Source of the DNA: Phycisphaerae bacterium
GTDB lineage: Bacteria; Planctomycetota; Phycisphaerae; UBA1845; Fen-1342
Length of the DNA stretch: 64,000 nucleotides
Direction of reading: 5' to 3'
Assembly (NCBI GenBank): GCA_963675745.2
Contig: CAXXWX010000016.1
Location: 223,261 to 287,260, forward strand
The position numbers and the translations under genes were made by a program. Below are positions 30,077-39,992 of the stretch, one piece after another (the stretch's first letter is position 1; every line of letters starts with the position of its first letter). The notes under the pieces were generated by a model. That model saw only the letters and a program-made list of their open reading frames with translations, was not told where the DNA came from and searched no databases.

Positions 30077-31471
30077 ATGCAGGACAAGCTTCCCGACGAA
30101 TGCCGGCCGACGCACGACCTGGAAGGCGTCGTCTGTGCCTTCGACGTAGACAACACGCTTACCTGTCTGGGCGCGGATGCTTACGCCCAAACGCTGCGCG
30201 CGTTTCTCAATCTGCGTGACCTCGGCTTACCGCTGGATGAAGCCTGCCGGCTCTATGAGGCCGTACGCCGGCGCGGAGGCGACGGTTTCTTCGAGCACTT
30301 GGGGCTGCACGGCGCGCTCCACTACCGAGGCCATCCCGAAGCCCTGGCCATCTTCCTCCTCAGCTATGCCTGTACCCCTGAGCTGCGTCGCCTTATCGGC
30401 CTGACTGAGGTGCAGCAAGACTGGCACAGGACTACCACCCAACGCCACGGCGTCGCCTACGCGCTTTGGCGCGCCTTTGGTCCTCCGGATTGTTTCACCC
30501 TGGAGATGGAGTTTCGGAGAGGGTTGCGCCGGGACGACCGCGTACACCGTCTGGTGGAGGAGGCTCGGCGGGTCGCGCAGTTGCCTGAGGTTTGCGCTTG
30601 GGCTCAGCAATATGAGGCGTGTGCCCGCGCCGCTGAGCAGCAGGTGGACCTGCTAACTCCGTTGGAGCGACTGCGTGCCCGCGGCGCTCACTGCGTAGTG
30701 ATCAGTCAGGGCTATTACGACGTGCAAACCGCGAAGCTCGCGGAGAAAGGTCTGGCCGAGTTCTTCGCGGGGCGGGTTCTGGTCACGGAGCGCGCCCCCC
30801 GCATACCGGGTCTGGAGGAACTGGAGGCTGAACTCGATCGCCGCCTTGAGCAGCGTGAAGAGCTCTGGGACGCCCAGCGCGATCGCGACCTGACGCCATT
30901 GTGGACCTGCGCGTTCCTGGCCCGCCAGTGGGCCTCGAAGACCCCCTACTTCTATGCTCGCTGCCTGCACGCCTTGCACTGCGCCCCGGAGAATCCCGAA
31001 CAAGCCCTGCGCGACACACGTATGGCGGACCGAGACGCCTGGATCGCTCACCCCTTACGTTTCGTCATGATCGGGGATCGCCCGCGCACCGACATCAACC
31101 CTGTGGGCCGGCTCTTGGGGCCGGGTGCAGGGCTGAAGGTACTCCTCAGGCAGGGCAAATACGCGCGCGAAGAACCTGACCCGTACGCACCGGGTGCAAG
31201 GCCGAGACACCTCTGCGGAACCTTCCTGCGCCCGTCAAAAAGACCGGCGCCGAACTCCGAACCTCACCTGCTACCCAACTTCACCTTCGACGATTGGGAT
31301 GCGCTCGGCAAGTTCCTCACCCGCGACCTCACCACAGAACAGGTGCCGCCCATCTCGGCCTGCCCCCGCCTGCTGCCCCGGGAGCACCTGCCGCCTGACT
31401 TGGCCGAGACGTGGGCTACGAGTGAATTCGAAGCGGTGCGGACGATCGCGGCCCTGGCGCAGATATGTTGA
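30077..31471 (+). CDS. HAD-superfamily hydrolase-like protein with large insertions
   Basis: FDVDNTL motif I, VISQG motif II, MIGDR..TDI motif IV. Confidence 0.7.
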   Translation: MQDKLPDECRPTHDLEGVVCAFDVDNTLTCLGADAYAQTLRAFLNLRDLGLPLDEACRLYEAVRRRGGDGFFEHLGLHGALHYRGHPEALAIFLLSYACTPELRRLIGLTEVQQDWHRTTTQRHGVAYALWRAFGPPDCFTLEMEFRRGLRRDDRVHRLVEEARRVAQLPEVCAWAQQYEACARAAEQQVDLLTPLERLRARGAHCVVISQGYYDVQTAKLAEKGLAEFFAGRVLVTERAPRIPGLEELEAELDRRLEQREELWDAQRDRDLTPLWTCAFLARQWASKTPYFYARCLHALHCAPENPEQALRDTRMADRDAWIAHPLRFVMIGDRPRTDINPVGRLLGPGAGLKVLLRQGKYAREEPDPYAPGARPRHLCGTFLRPSKRPAPNSEPHLLPNFTFDDWDALGKFLTRDLTTEQVPPISACPRLLPREHLPPDLAETWATSEFEAVRTIAALAQIC

Positions 31472-31538
31472 TCGTCCCTAAAAGTAATCCCAAGACACCG
31501 TGCGCCACCCAGCGCGACGTGAGCGCGAGTTGCAGATC

Positions 31539-31833
31539 CAAGAGCGTTTCTCAATATCGCATTCCGAGCCGCGGGGCTGAAGCCCACGCGGATTCCCTGG
31601 TCTTGAACCCGTTTCCGTGACCCAGAACCGGCCACACGAAAACGGAATCCGCTCGAGTGCTCTGTCACGCCTAAATTGACGGGTGGCATGCCCGAGCCCG
31701 TCGCAGACGGGCGCCGGCATGCTTGATGCAATGGGAGCTGTAGGTCCTGGCAATCTCGGAGTGGGCCGGGTGCTACATGGCGGCGCTGCGCTTGGCCATG
31801 CCACCCATCAAGGGACGGTTGACGGAGCACTAT
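31539..31833. mobile_element. Tandem MITE-A (31539-31657) + MITE-B (31654-31833, carrying a REP-K/REP-M doublet)
   Basis: AGAGCGTTT...AATCCGCTCGAG then GAGTGCTCTGTC...GACGGAGCACTA; homologous to 48488-48605 and 53740-53858. Confidence 0.8.
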
Positions 31834-32216
31834 ACCGTCACCCCCTCCTGCGTCTTCTCACTATTTTCCTCATGCTGCGCCTGCTCCTCAGCGAGTAGCT
31901 CATCCAACCGCCAGGCGGCCTCGTAGCAGGTCGGACACAACTCCTCACCCGTATCGCTGAAGTAGATCTTGCGGTCACCCCGGCCGCACTGGGCGCAAAC
32001 GCCCTCGATGAACGGCGGATAGGGAGCCCCGTCCGCCCGGCGGGAGGTCTCGATCCACTTTTCATACGCCCGCCGGCGCTGGATATGCCACCACCACATG
32101 CTCAACCCGGTCCAGAGCGAGAAGAGCAGCACGAACAACACCAACAACAGTATCAGCGCCCCGATGATGAGGTAAATGTTAAAACGAAACGTGCCCAGGT
32201 CCACTTGCAACAACAT
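31830..32216 (-). CDS. Hypothetical membrane-anchored protein with a C4 zinc finger
   Basis: N-terminal TM segment, CAQC...CPTC. Confidence 0.7.
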   Translation of the reverse strand: MLLQVDLGTFRFNIYLIIGALILLLVLFVLLFSLWTGLSMWWWHIQRRRAYEKWIETSRRADGAPYPPFIEGVCAQCGRGDRKIYFSDTGEELCPTCYEAAWRLDELLAEEQAQHEENSEKTQEGVTV

Positions 32217-32307
32217 CCGCCCATCTCCGATCCTGGCGACCGGGGATATGACGGGCGGGCAGCCCGGACGTTAACGTCGCCGCCCCAAGGGAGGGTTCCA
32301 TAGCGTG

Positions 32308-32565
32308 GTAGCGTCCGCCCCCCGCGGCGGACGGAGTGGTCAGCGCGCGCCACTGCTCCGTGGGATGCTCGGCGCCGGGTGGCATGGCCAAGCGCAGCGC
32401 CGCCATGCGTTGCCACATCTGCACCCAACTCGCCGACAAACAAGTACGTGCACGTGCTTGGCGCTTACCGGGCCAATATCTTGGGTGGCACCCGCCCCCT
32501 GCGGCGGACATGGAGGTTCGAATGTTTGCCGAAACTCGTCGGCCGCCACGGGGGGCGGCCGCTAC
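32308..32565. repeat. REP cluster
   Basis: Inverted GTAGCG(T/G)CCGCCCCCCG pair at 32308-32333 / 32540-32565 enclosing REP-M at 32377-32407. Confidence 0.85.
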
Positions 32566-32649
32566 ACACTCAAGCAGTTAGGCAAGCATCGGGGTGGCAG
32601 ACACAGACTTGTCTCTGCGTGGGGCAAGTACACCGTTAGCCGCGTGTCA

Positions 32650-33963
32650 CTACTCCCCACCCTTCAGGCGTTGCCGCACCTGTTTGGCCAGAGGCTTCGC
32701 GGCCGGGTCCGACAACGAGAGCTGCTCGAGCGCCGCCGCCAACTCCTCAAGATCCTGAACATCCAGTGCGTCTTCCGCCCTCAGAGCTTGGGCTACCTGG
32801 GGCAAGGTCGCGCCGGTCACCTGCCCCGCCCGCAGGGCCGCCTGCACCAACAGCGCATACACCTGAGCGGTGTCCTCGACTTCCAACACGCACACGGCGA
32901 CCTCGGCCGCCTCCGCAGGCTTGTGATTGCCGAGAAGCATCTCGTAATACTTAACCGCCTGCTGCGCGTACTCGCACCGCTGGAAGGCGCGAAACCGCTC
33001 GAGACCAGGACCCGGCGGCAACTCACAACGGGCATCCGCCAGATGCTGCGCGTGCGCCCGCCGAGCGTAGGCCGACACGTCCATCAGTTCGGCGATCCTG
33101 TCGTACGACCGATCTTCGTACAGCGCCTCTATCAGACTCTGTTTCAGCAAACTGGTAGTGATGCTCTCGGGATGCTCCGCCTGCATCTGCCGGTAGAGCA
33201 CGAGCGTATCGTCCGTCTCCTTGAGTTCCTGGTTCAAGGCGGCCAAGAGCGCCGGCTCGTAGCGCTCTACCGCTACTTCCGTTATGCGTTTCCGCAACGT
33301 ATCCCGCCGCTGCTGCAAGGCTTCCCGCGCCGGCGGGTAACCTTGCGCCAGACTCCCCAGCTCCGCCACCGCCGCGAGGCGCACGCCGTCGGTAAGCGGA
33401 TTGGCGGCTTCGTCTTTGACGTCCAGACATTGCAGGAACTGCTCCAGCGCCTCCGCGGCCCGACCCGCCTGCGCCAGCGCCTGGCCGTAGCCAATACGGG
33501 CGGTCGCCTTGTGCACCCCGGGCTCATCCAACTGCTGCCGCGCGACCACTACCGGGTCACTCGCCTTAAGCTGTTCCTCCAAGGACGACACGAACTCGGC
33601 CGGTGCCTGATAGCCCAGCAGCACGGCCCGCACGCGACCCTCGGGTGAGACCACCAGCACGGCCGGGAAGATCGGCACGCGGAAGCGTCCCAGCAGTTTC
33701 GCGCGCTCCTCACCCTCCGGTGCCAGCGCCACCACCCGCTCCCGCAGCCAGGCCTTGACGGACTCGTCTGCGAAGGTCTCGCGCATCATGCGGGCGGAAC
33801 TCTCATTCTCCCCATCCGCGAAGTAGAGCAGCACGGGCTTGCCCGACGTTTGCGCCTGGGCGTTGGCGACGGCGAAGGACGCAGCGACGAACGGCCCGGC
33901 GTCGGTCGCCGGCTGCGCCGGCACCGCCCACACAAAAACTGACAACAAGGGTAGGGCAAACAT
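32650..33963 (-). CDS. Secreted thioredoxin-fold plus helical-repeat protein lacking CxxC
   Basis: Signal peptide, GKPVLLYF...F.V..FP..LV; alanine/leucine-rich helical remainder. Confidence 0.7.
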   Translation of the reverse strand: MFALPLLSVFVWAVPAQPATDAGPFVAASFAVANAQAQTSGKPVLLYFADGENESSARMMRETFADESVKAWLRERVVALAPEGEERAKLLGRFRVPIFPAVLVVSPEGRVRAVLLGYQAPAEFVSSLEEQLKASDPVVVARQQLDEPGVHKATARIGYGQALAQAGRAAEALEQFLQCLDVKDEAANPLTDGVRLAAVAELGSLAQGYPPAREALQQRRDTLRKRITEVAVERYEPALLAALNQELKETDDTLVLYRQMQAEHPESITTSLLKQSLIEALYEDRSYDRIAELMDVSAYARRAHAQHLADARCELPPGPGLERFRAFQRCEYAQQAVKYYEMLLGNHKPAEAAEVAVCVLEVEDTAQVYALLVQAALRAGQVTGATLPQVAQALRAEDALDVQDLEELAAALEQLSLSDPAAKPLAKQVRQRLKGGE

Positions 33964-34096
33964 GGGACCTCCGTTTCCCGTTGCGGGTTCTCCTTACGAC
34001 CGCGGGCAGGTAGTATACGCGGCGGGGGTTATTGCATGCAAACTGACAGGTAGGGTGCGTCCCGGACGCACCTTCTTGCTCCGGGAGTTGATCGTG

Positions 34097-34759
34097 ATGT
34101 ACCCCACGGCAAAGGCCCTCACGCTCATCTCTGTTGTGACCCTACTGGCGGGGTGCAGCAGAACCAAGCCGGTGCCACAGCCGACAACGGATATCGCGAG
34201 CGAGATCAAAGCTCTGATCGAGAAACTCGCGATATCCAATGAGCCGGCTGCCGATGCCCCCGTCTACACCCCGTCCATCGACACACCCAAGTCCGATCCA
34301 AAAGCTGCTGCCTACGCAGCCGCGGAAAGGATCAGGACGTATGGCAAAGATGCGTTCCCCTACCTGCTGAAACACCTGGACGATCAACGGCAGTCAGTCG
34401 CTTTCAGGCGCGTCCTCCCAAGCACGGTGGGTGATGCCTGCTTCTGTATCATACGGGACCAGGTGTTCAATCTGCCCAAGGACTACTAGGGCAGCTTCTA
34501 CCGGATAGGAGCTGATGGCCAGGAGCACGACCGCCCCTTCTTCCTCGCGCCGGTCATGTTCGAGAGCGATACGGTCGCCGGTTGGTTGGCAGAGCGCCAG
34601 AACGCAACCTTGCCGGCACTCCAAGCCGAGGCGCTACAGTGGTTGATCGAACAGGAGAAACGGATCGGTTTCCCGGATGAGTCTGCGAAGGAGTGGGCCC
34701 TCTATCCCCTGGAGCGAGAACTGGAGCACGTGCGGAAGGCGATATCCGGCGGAATGTAG
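34097..34759 (+). pseudogene. Hypothetical lipoprotein with an in-frame TAG at 34487-34489, flanked by direct REP copies
   Basis: LLAGC lipobox; the frame continues after TAG as GSFYRIGADG... into ORF 34556-34759; REPs at 34050-34078 and 34762-34786. Confidence 0.7.
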
Positions 34760-34793
34760 CAGTAGGGTGCGTCCCGGACCTTCTTGACGCTTG

Positions 34794-35420
34794 TTAGCGT
34801 TCGATCCGCACCCCGTCTCGCGGTGGTTTGGAGATTCGGATCAGGTTGCCCGATGCGGACGACCGTTCGAGCTTACCCGCTTCGGTGTGCTCGAGGATCA
34901 CGGCGCCGGGAGTCTCTCCGGGGACGGCCGTGAACTCGCCGACCAAGGCCACATCGGTATTGCCGGCCCAGCCGAGTAGGACGTTGAACGACTGCTGCCG
35001 GCACAGCAGCCGGAAGCGCCCGCGCCAGCGATCTTCGCCCTGGCGCCAAACCCCCACAATGCCCGCCAGGGAAGCTGCCCGGATGTGGGCCCAGCCGTCC
35101 CGGGCACGGATGCGCGCGGTCTGACGAGTGACCTGGTAATCGCGCCCGCGACCAGCCGGCTCCTCCTCCAGCACCAGTGACATCCGCCACTCGCCACCGA
35201 AGGCGTCACCCAGCAGCGACGACCGCAGTCCCTCCAGAGCGATGCAGAACTCACCCGCGTCATTGACCCACCAGTAGCAGTGCCGGCAGCGAACCTCCGT
35301 AGTCAGCGGACCGGATTCGTTGATTCGATGGCTGCCCAGCGGAATCGTGGAGACCTGCGCGTGACCGGTGCAGCCGGTGAGGCCTGGAAGTGCGAGGGCA
35401 AGGCACAGGATCAGGCTCAC
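34794..35420 (-). CDS. Hypothetical lipoprotein (start uncertain: GTG 35420 or ATG 35657)
   Basis: LALALPGLTGC lipobox; the upstream in-frame extension is made of REP sequence. Confidence 0.65.
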   Translation of the reverse strand: MSLILCLALALPGLTGCTGHAQVSTIPLGSHRINESGPLTTEVRCRHCYWWVNDAGEFCIALEGLRSSLLGDAFGGEWRMSLVLEEEPAGRGRDYQVTRQTARIRARDGWAHIRAASLAGIVGVWRQGEDRWRGRFRLLCRQQSFNVLLGWAGNTDVALVGEFTAVPGETPGAVILEHTEAGKLERSSASGNLIRISKPPRDGVRIER

Positions 35421-35429
35421 CCGAAGAAA

Positions 35430-35594
35430 CGTCCGCCACGGGGGGCGGACGCTACACGCTCCCGACCGCCGGGTGGCATGCCCAAGCCCATCGCAGACGG
35501 GCGCCGGCATGTCAGGCGCACGACGCACCCGACGCCCGCCAGTGTGAGTTGTCCAAGCCTTCGCATGGCGGCGCTGCGCTTGACCATGCCACCC
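35430..35594. repeat. REP cluster (GTAGCG-type 35430-35455, REP-K 35471-35511, REP-M 35564-35594)
   Basis: Direct matches to copies elsewhere in the window. Confidence 0.85.
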
Positions 35595-35653
35595 AGCCGG
35601 ATCGTGCCACCCTGAGCCGGTTGGACAATGCCAACCCGAGTTGGAGTCACCGA

Positions 35654-36913
35654 TCATAGAGGAAATTGCTCGCAGAGGGCGTGGACCTCTGCCGCGGCCG
35701 GCTCGATCGCCTTCGCGTCGCCCTGGCTGCGCAGGACGCGGTCGATCAGCTCAGCCACCTTCCGCATCTCGTCCTCCTTCAGGCCGCGAGTGGTGAGAGC
35801 GGGAGTGCCGATGCGCAGGCCGCTCGTCTGCGTGGGCTTGCGTTCGTCCCAGGGGATCATGTTCTTGTTGACCACGATCCCCGCCTCGCCCAGCCAATCC
35901 TCCGCCTCCTGGCCGGTAACATCAGGATAAGCGGGCCGCAGGTCGAGCAGCATCAGGTGATTGTCCGTTCCGCCGGAGACCAAGCGGTTGCCCTTCGAAA
36001 CGAGCCCCTCCGCCAAAGCCTGGGCGTTGTTGAGAATCTGCTGCTGATAGGTCTTGAACTCGGGTTTGAGCGCCTCGGCGAAGGCGACGGCCTTACCGGC
36101 GATGCAGTGCATCAACGGGCCGCCCTGCAAACCGGGGAACACCCGCGAGTCGATCTTCTTCTGCCACTCCTCCTTGCACATAATCATCCCGCCGCGCGCG
36201 CCGCGGAGGGTCTTGTGCGTGGTGGTCGTGACAAAGTCGGAACTGGGCACCGGGGTAGGATGCAGCCCCACGGCCACCAGCCCGGCGATGTGCGCGATGT
36301 CAGCCATGTGCAACGCGCCAACCTCATGCGCGATCTCGCTGAAGCCGTCGAAGTCGATCGTGCGCGGATAGGCCGACGCCCCGCTCAGGATGAGCTTGGG
36401 CTTGTGCTCTTTCGCCAGGCGGCGCAGCTCGGCCATGTCGATCTGCTCGTTCTCCCGGCTGACCTCGTAGGGCACGATGTTATACAGCAGGCCGCTCATG
36501 TTGACCTTGAGCCCGTGCGAGAGGTGACCCCCGTGGGCGAGGCTCATCGAGAGCACGGTATCGCCCGGCTTCAGGACCGCGAGGTAGACCGCCTGGTTCG
36601 CCTGGCTGCCGGAGTGGGGCTGCACGTTGACGTGGTCACAGCCGAAGAGCTGCTGGGCCCGCTGCCGGGCGATGTCCTCGACGGAGTCCATGTTCTGACA
36701 CCCGCCGTAGTAGCGCTTGCCGGGGTAGCCCTCGGCGTACTTGTTGGTGAACACGGAGCCCAAAGCCTCGAGCACAGCCGAGGAAACGTGGTTCTCCGAG
36801 GCGATCAGCTCCAGCGTATTCTGCTGCCGCCGCACCTCCGCCTGCATCACCGGGAAAAGCTCAGGATCAACCGCCTTAATGGCCTCAAAGGAAGCTTTCG
36901 CACGCGAACTCAT
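35654..36913 (-). CDS. glyA: Serine hydroxymethyltransferase
   Basis: [45 protein letters not shown]. Confidence 0.98.
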   Translation of the reverse strand: MSSRAKASFEAIKAVDPELFPVMQAEVRRQQNTLELIASENHVSSAVLEALGSVFTNKYAEGYPGKRYYGGCQNMDSVEDIARQRAQQLFGCDHVNVQPHSGSQANQAVYLAVLKPGDTVLSMSLAHGGHLSHGLKVNMSGLLYNIVPYEVSRENEQIDMAELRRLAKEHKPKLILSGASAYPRTIDFDGFSEIAHEVGALHMADIAHIAGLVAVGLHPTPVPSSDFVTTTTHKTLRGARGGMIMCKEEWQKKIDSRVFPGLQGGPLMHCIAGKAVAFAEALKPEFKTYQQQILNNAQALAEGLVSKGNRLVSGGTDNHLMLLDLRPAYPDVTGQEAEDWLGEAGIVVNKNMIPWDERKPTQTSGLRIGTPALTTRGLKEDEMRKVAELIDRVLRSQGDAKAIEPAAAEVHALCEQFPL

Positions 36914-37072
36914 CTGTGGACCTCGACTAAGCACAAAGTGACATTCTCAAACCACCTTCAGACCGCCCAAAATAACGCGCATCGCCGGGAAGTACAAACC
37001 CAACCGGGTGGGCCCAGGCCGAGCAGGTTCGGCGTTTGTCCCGAATGCGACAACCGAATCGACTGACCACTC

Positions 37073-37353
37073 AGCCCCGACGGGGCGATACATGCTAGCC
37101 CAGGGTGTTAACCCTGGGTGCTCGGCCCCGCGCGCGCCCCAAGCCCCGAAGGGGCGAAACATGCTAGCCCAGGGTGTTAACCCTGGGTACTCGGTCCCGC
37201 CACGTACCTCCAAGCCCTGAAAGGGCGACACTTGGCGGGGGATGCACAACGCACCCTGTCGTGTCGCCCTTGCAGGGCTCAGAGAGGAACACGAACGAGG
37301 ACGTTCTCCCCAGGCTCACGCCTGGGGCTAGCATTTTTCGCCCTTGCAGGGCT
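37073..37353. repeat. Tandem/inverted double-hairpin repeat cluster
   Basis: AGCCCCGA(C/A)GGGGCG...AGCCCAGGGTGTTAACCCTGGG twice, a third half unit, then an inverted unit ending CGCCCTTGCAGGGCT. Confidence 0.88.
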
Positions 37354-37434
37354 TAGGTACCGGCAGTCTTGGGCACATGCCGTCATTCGTGGAATGCGTC
37401 ACGACAATTGAGGACTGTCCGCCCTGAGCGAACG

Positions 37435-38262
37435 CTACACTCGCTCATTCCGCCCCACCACGCGCGTGAAACCCTGAAAGGTGTAGGCCTCGGGGCTTGC
37501 GAGCATACGCTCATACTCCCGCCCGGCCTGCGTGAGTTGATCTTCGGTGATCAAACCGCGGGTTAGCATGCCCTCACGCGATTGGTTGATGATCTCGTCG
37601 GCGCCCTCGACGTAGAAGGCGAGCATCTCAGGCTCGGCAGCGGTGACGGTCCAAGATCGTCCCGTCGTCTCAATCCGCTCGAAGCCGGCCTGCACGAACA
37701 AGCCGGGGAGCTTCCGCGCGATCCGCGAATCACCACCCGTCACATCCTGAAGCCGGTAGATCGCCTGCCAGACTTGCTGCACGGCCGGGCTATCGGGGTA
37801 ATCGACGCCTGCCCCGTTTTCCCACTCGTAGGCACAAACCCAGCCGCCGGGACGCACCACCCGCCGCATCTCGCCGAGCACGCGCACCGGGTCGGCCACA
37901 TGCTCCAGCACAAACCGGCAGTAAGCAGCGTCGAAGGATCCGTCGGGAAATGCCAAGGCCGCCGCGTCACTCTGCACGAACCGGAGCGTCTTGAGCCCCG
38001 CCTGCGCCGCGTACTCCCGCGCCGTCTGCAACTGGGCCGACTCCCGGTCCAGCCCGACCACCGCGCCCGGCGCAACCCGGAGCGCGACCTCGCGGGTGAT
38101 CGCACCCGTGCCGCAGCCCACCTCCAGCACTCGCATCGCCGGCCGAAGGTCAGGCAAGAACTCCGCCCCGCCGAGCATGCGCGCCATTTTCTCCAGCCGG
38201 GCCTGCTCCGCCGCGTCGGTGCCGTGCAGGTAGCGCCGTTCAGATGGTGTGGAATCTGCCAT
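37435..38262 (-). CDS. Class I SAM-dependent methyltransferase
   Basis: VLEVGCGTG, SFDAAYCRFVLEH, VRPGG. Confidence 0.9.
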   Translation of the reverse strand: MADSTPSERRYLHGTDAAEQARLEKMARMLGGAEFLPDLRPAMRVLEVGCGTGAITREVALRVAPGAVVGLDRESAQLQTAREYAAQAGLKTLRFVQSDAAALAFPDGSFDAAYCRFVLEHVADPVRVLGEMRRVVRPGGWVCAYEWENGAGVDYPDSPAVQQVWQAIYRLQDVTGGDSRIARKLPGLFVQAGFERIETTGRSWTVTAAEPEMLAFYVEGADEIINQSREGMLTRGLITEDQLTQAGREYERMLASPEAYTFQGFTRVVGRNERV

Positions 38263-38331
38263 GAGGTCTTATTGGCTTGTTCGACTGTCGAATCGGAACA
38301 GAGCGGCGTTCGACTGCGTCGAGCTTGGCCG

Positions 38332-38588
38332 CCACTGCTGCTTCATTGCGCCTCAACTGACGGGTGGCACGGTCGAGCTTCGCTCGGCCGTGGAGCTTGC
38401 CTCACGGCCCAGCAGAGCCGAACCGTGCCACCCGGAATTCACCAATCCACGTGCGACAGAGCACTAGACTTCGTCGCACTTGAGGTGATCGGCGGCGTGG
38501 TAGGACTTCGCTCGGCCACGGCTCCCCTCCACGGCCCAGCAGAGCTGGACCGTGCCACCCGGCTGGGATCGGTGTAATGCGGCGGTGG
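38332..38588. mobile_element. MITE-B (38332-38467) followed by a second, degenerate unit starting at the shared CTAG (38464)
   Basis: 38332-38467 is an inverted homologue of 41237-41404; both units carry GGGTGGCACGG-type REPs. Confidence 0.72.
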
Positions 38589-38594
38589 CCGCCG

Positions 38595-39587
38595 TCACTC
38601 CACGACCACCGTCGAGTGCTTGCACACCAGCAGGTCGTAGAGGAACTCCACGTCCTCGTTGTACATGCGGATGCAGCCGAGGGAGGCTTCTTTGCCGATG
38701 CTGTCCGGCTCGATCGTGCCGTGGATGCCGTAGCGGGACTGACCTAGCGCCTCGCCGCCGACGCCGTTCAGGCCGATCCAACGCTCGCCCAGCGGATTCT
38801 TCGGATCGTCAGCCGCGAGAATGTTGCCTCCACGCGGTGGGTAGTAGGTCGGGTTCACCAGCTTGACCGCCACCTCCCACTTACCGCTGGGAGTGCTGCC
38901 GTCCTCTCCGAGCCCCACGCGGTACTGTTGGACGAACACGTCACGAAGATACACATCCAGGGTGAACGCGCGGCGATCGACCACGGCGTGGAAAGGTCCT
39001 TTAACGATCTTGAGCGTCTGTCCCGCCCGGATCAGGTTGACGTCGCGAATCTGGTTCACCCGCGCGAGCAGGCCGGCCGTGATGTGATGCCGCTTGGCAA
39101 TCTTGTCCAGCGAATCGCCCGGCTGCACGATGTAACGCTCCACCAGCGGGTCCTGCTCGAGAATCCGCGCGGAGAAGACCGTCTCGTTGCCCAGCCGCAC
39201 CAGGTCCGCCCGCAACTGGGCTTCCTGCCGCGGCTCAACGCCCAACGCCAGGGCCTCGTTCAGCTTGGTGCGCGCGGTGATCAAGTCCTGCTGCTGGAGC
39301 CCTTGCCGTCCCGCCAGGAGCAGAGCCTCCGCCCGCGGGGTAACCGGCGCAGGTTCTGTCTCGGAGTGAGTGTCGTTGTCGCCGCGTTCCGGTACGCCGG
39401 GCTGCGGCGTGACGGCCGCAAGCTGCTCCGGGCGATCAGTAGTCAAGGGGGACTGAGAAGTGAACTGTACGGCTTCCCGCTCCCCGCTCTCCGACCAGAA
39501 CCACCAGCCGCCGACGCCGACCACGGCGATTATCAGCACCCACCGCCATACGGGCCGGCGCTTGCGTCTGCGTCGGTATCGAGCCAT
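38595..39587 (-). CDS. L,D-transpeptidase (YkuD) with LysM domain and N-terminal membrane anchor
   Basis: YIVQPGDSLDKIA LysM; GIHGT...SLGCIRM catalytic motif. Confidence 0.92.
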   Translation of the reverse strand: MARYRRRRKRRPVWRWVLIIAVVGVGGWWFWSESGEREAVQFTSQSPLTTDRPEQLAAVTPQPGVPERGDNDTHSETEPAPVTPRAEALLLAGRQGLQQQDLITARTKLNEALALGVEPRQEAQLRADLVRLGNETVFSARILEQDPLVERYIVQPGDSLDKIAKRHHITAGLLARVNQIRDVNLIRAGQTLKIVKGPFHAVVDRRAFTLDVYLRDVFVQQYRVGLGEDGSTPSGKWEVAVKLVNPTYYPPRGGNILAADDPKNPLGERWIGLNGVGGEALGQSRYGIHGTIEPDSIGKEASLGCIRMYNEDVEFLYDLLVCKHSTVVVE

Positions 39588-39992
39588 TCAGCCGCCTCCT
39601 TGCCTGGTGCCTCTGCACACCGATCGTCCCGAGGGCTGACCGCTGAACGCCCCTCGCGGAAGATCCAGGTTGCAGGACCAAACGCCAGCATAAACGAGTT
39701 TTTCGCCCTTGCAAGCCGCAAATAGCGGGCTATGAGCTGGTTTCGTCCTCTGCGACAACAACACACGGCTCGGGGGGAAGATCGCCCCGGGGACGAAGCT
39801 GACAGCTCCCCGCCATCAACCCGCCGAGCGTGGGTTCAGCGCGATCCTTTGCTGGACCGATAACTATGGAAGACGGTTGAGGCCGAGCATGCGCAAGTCC
39901 CGTCGGCAGGCGCCGACGAGACAGCATGGGAGGTGGATGTTTGCGCGCCGGTTCGGGGTCCGGCGTTGGTGTCTGGACGGGGCTGGATCCCT

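Noticed and set aside
37073..37353. Possible CRISPR array
   Set aside because: Only two full units plus inverted parts, similar rather than unique spacers, and no cas genes in the window.
38595..39587. L,D-transpeptidase as a novelty in a planctomycete
   Set aside because: Peptidoglycan and its enzymes are already established in this phylum.
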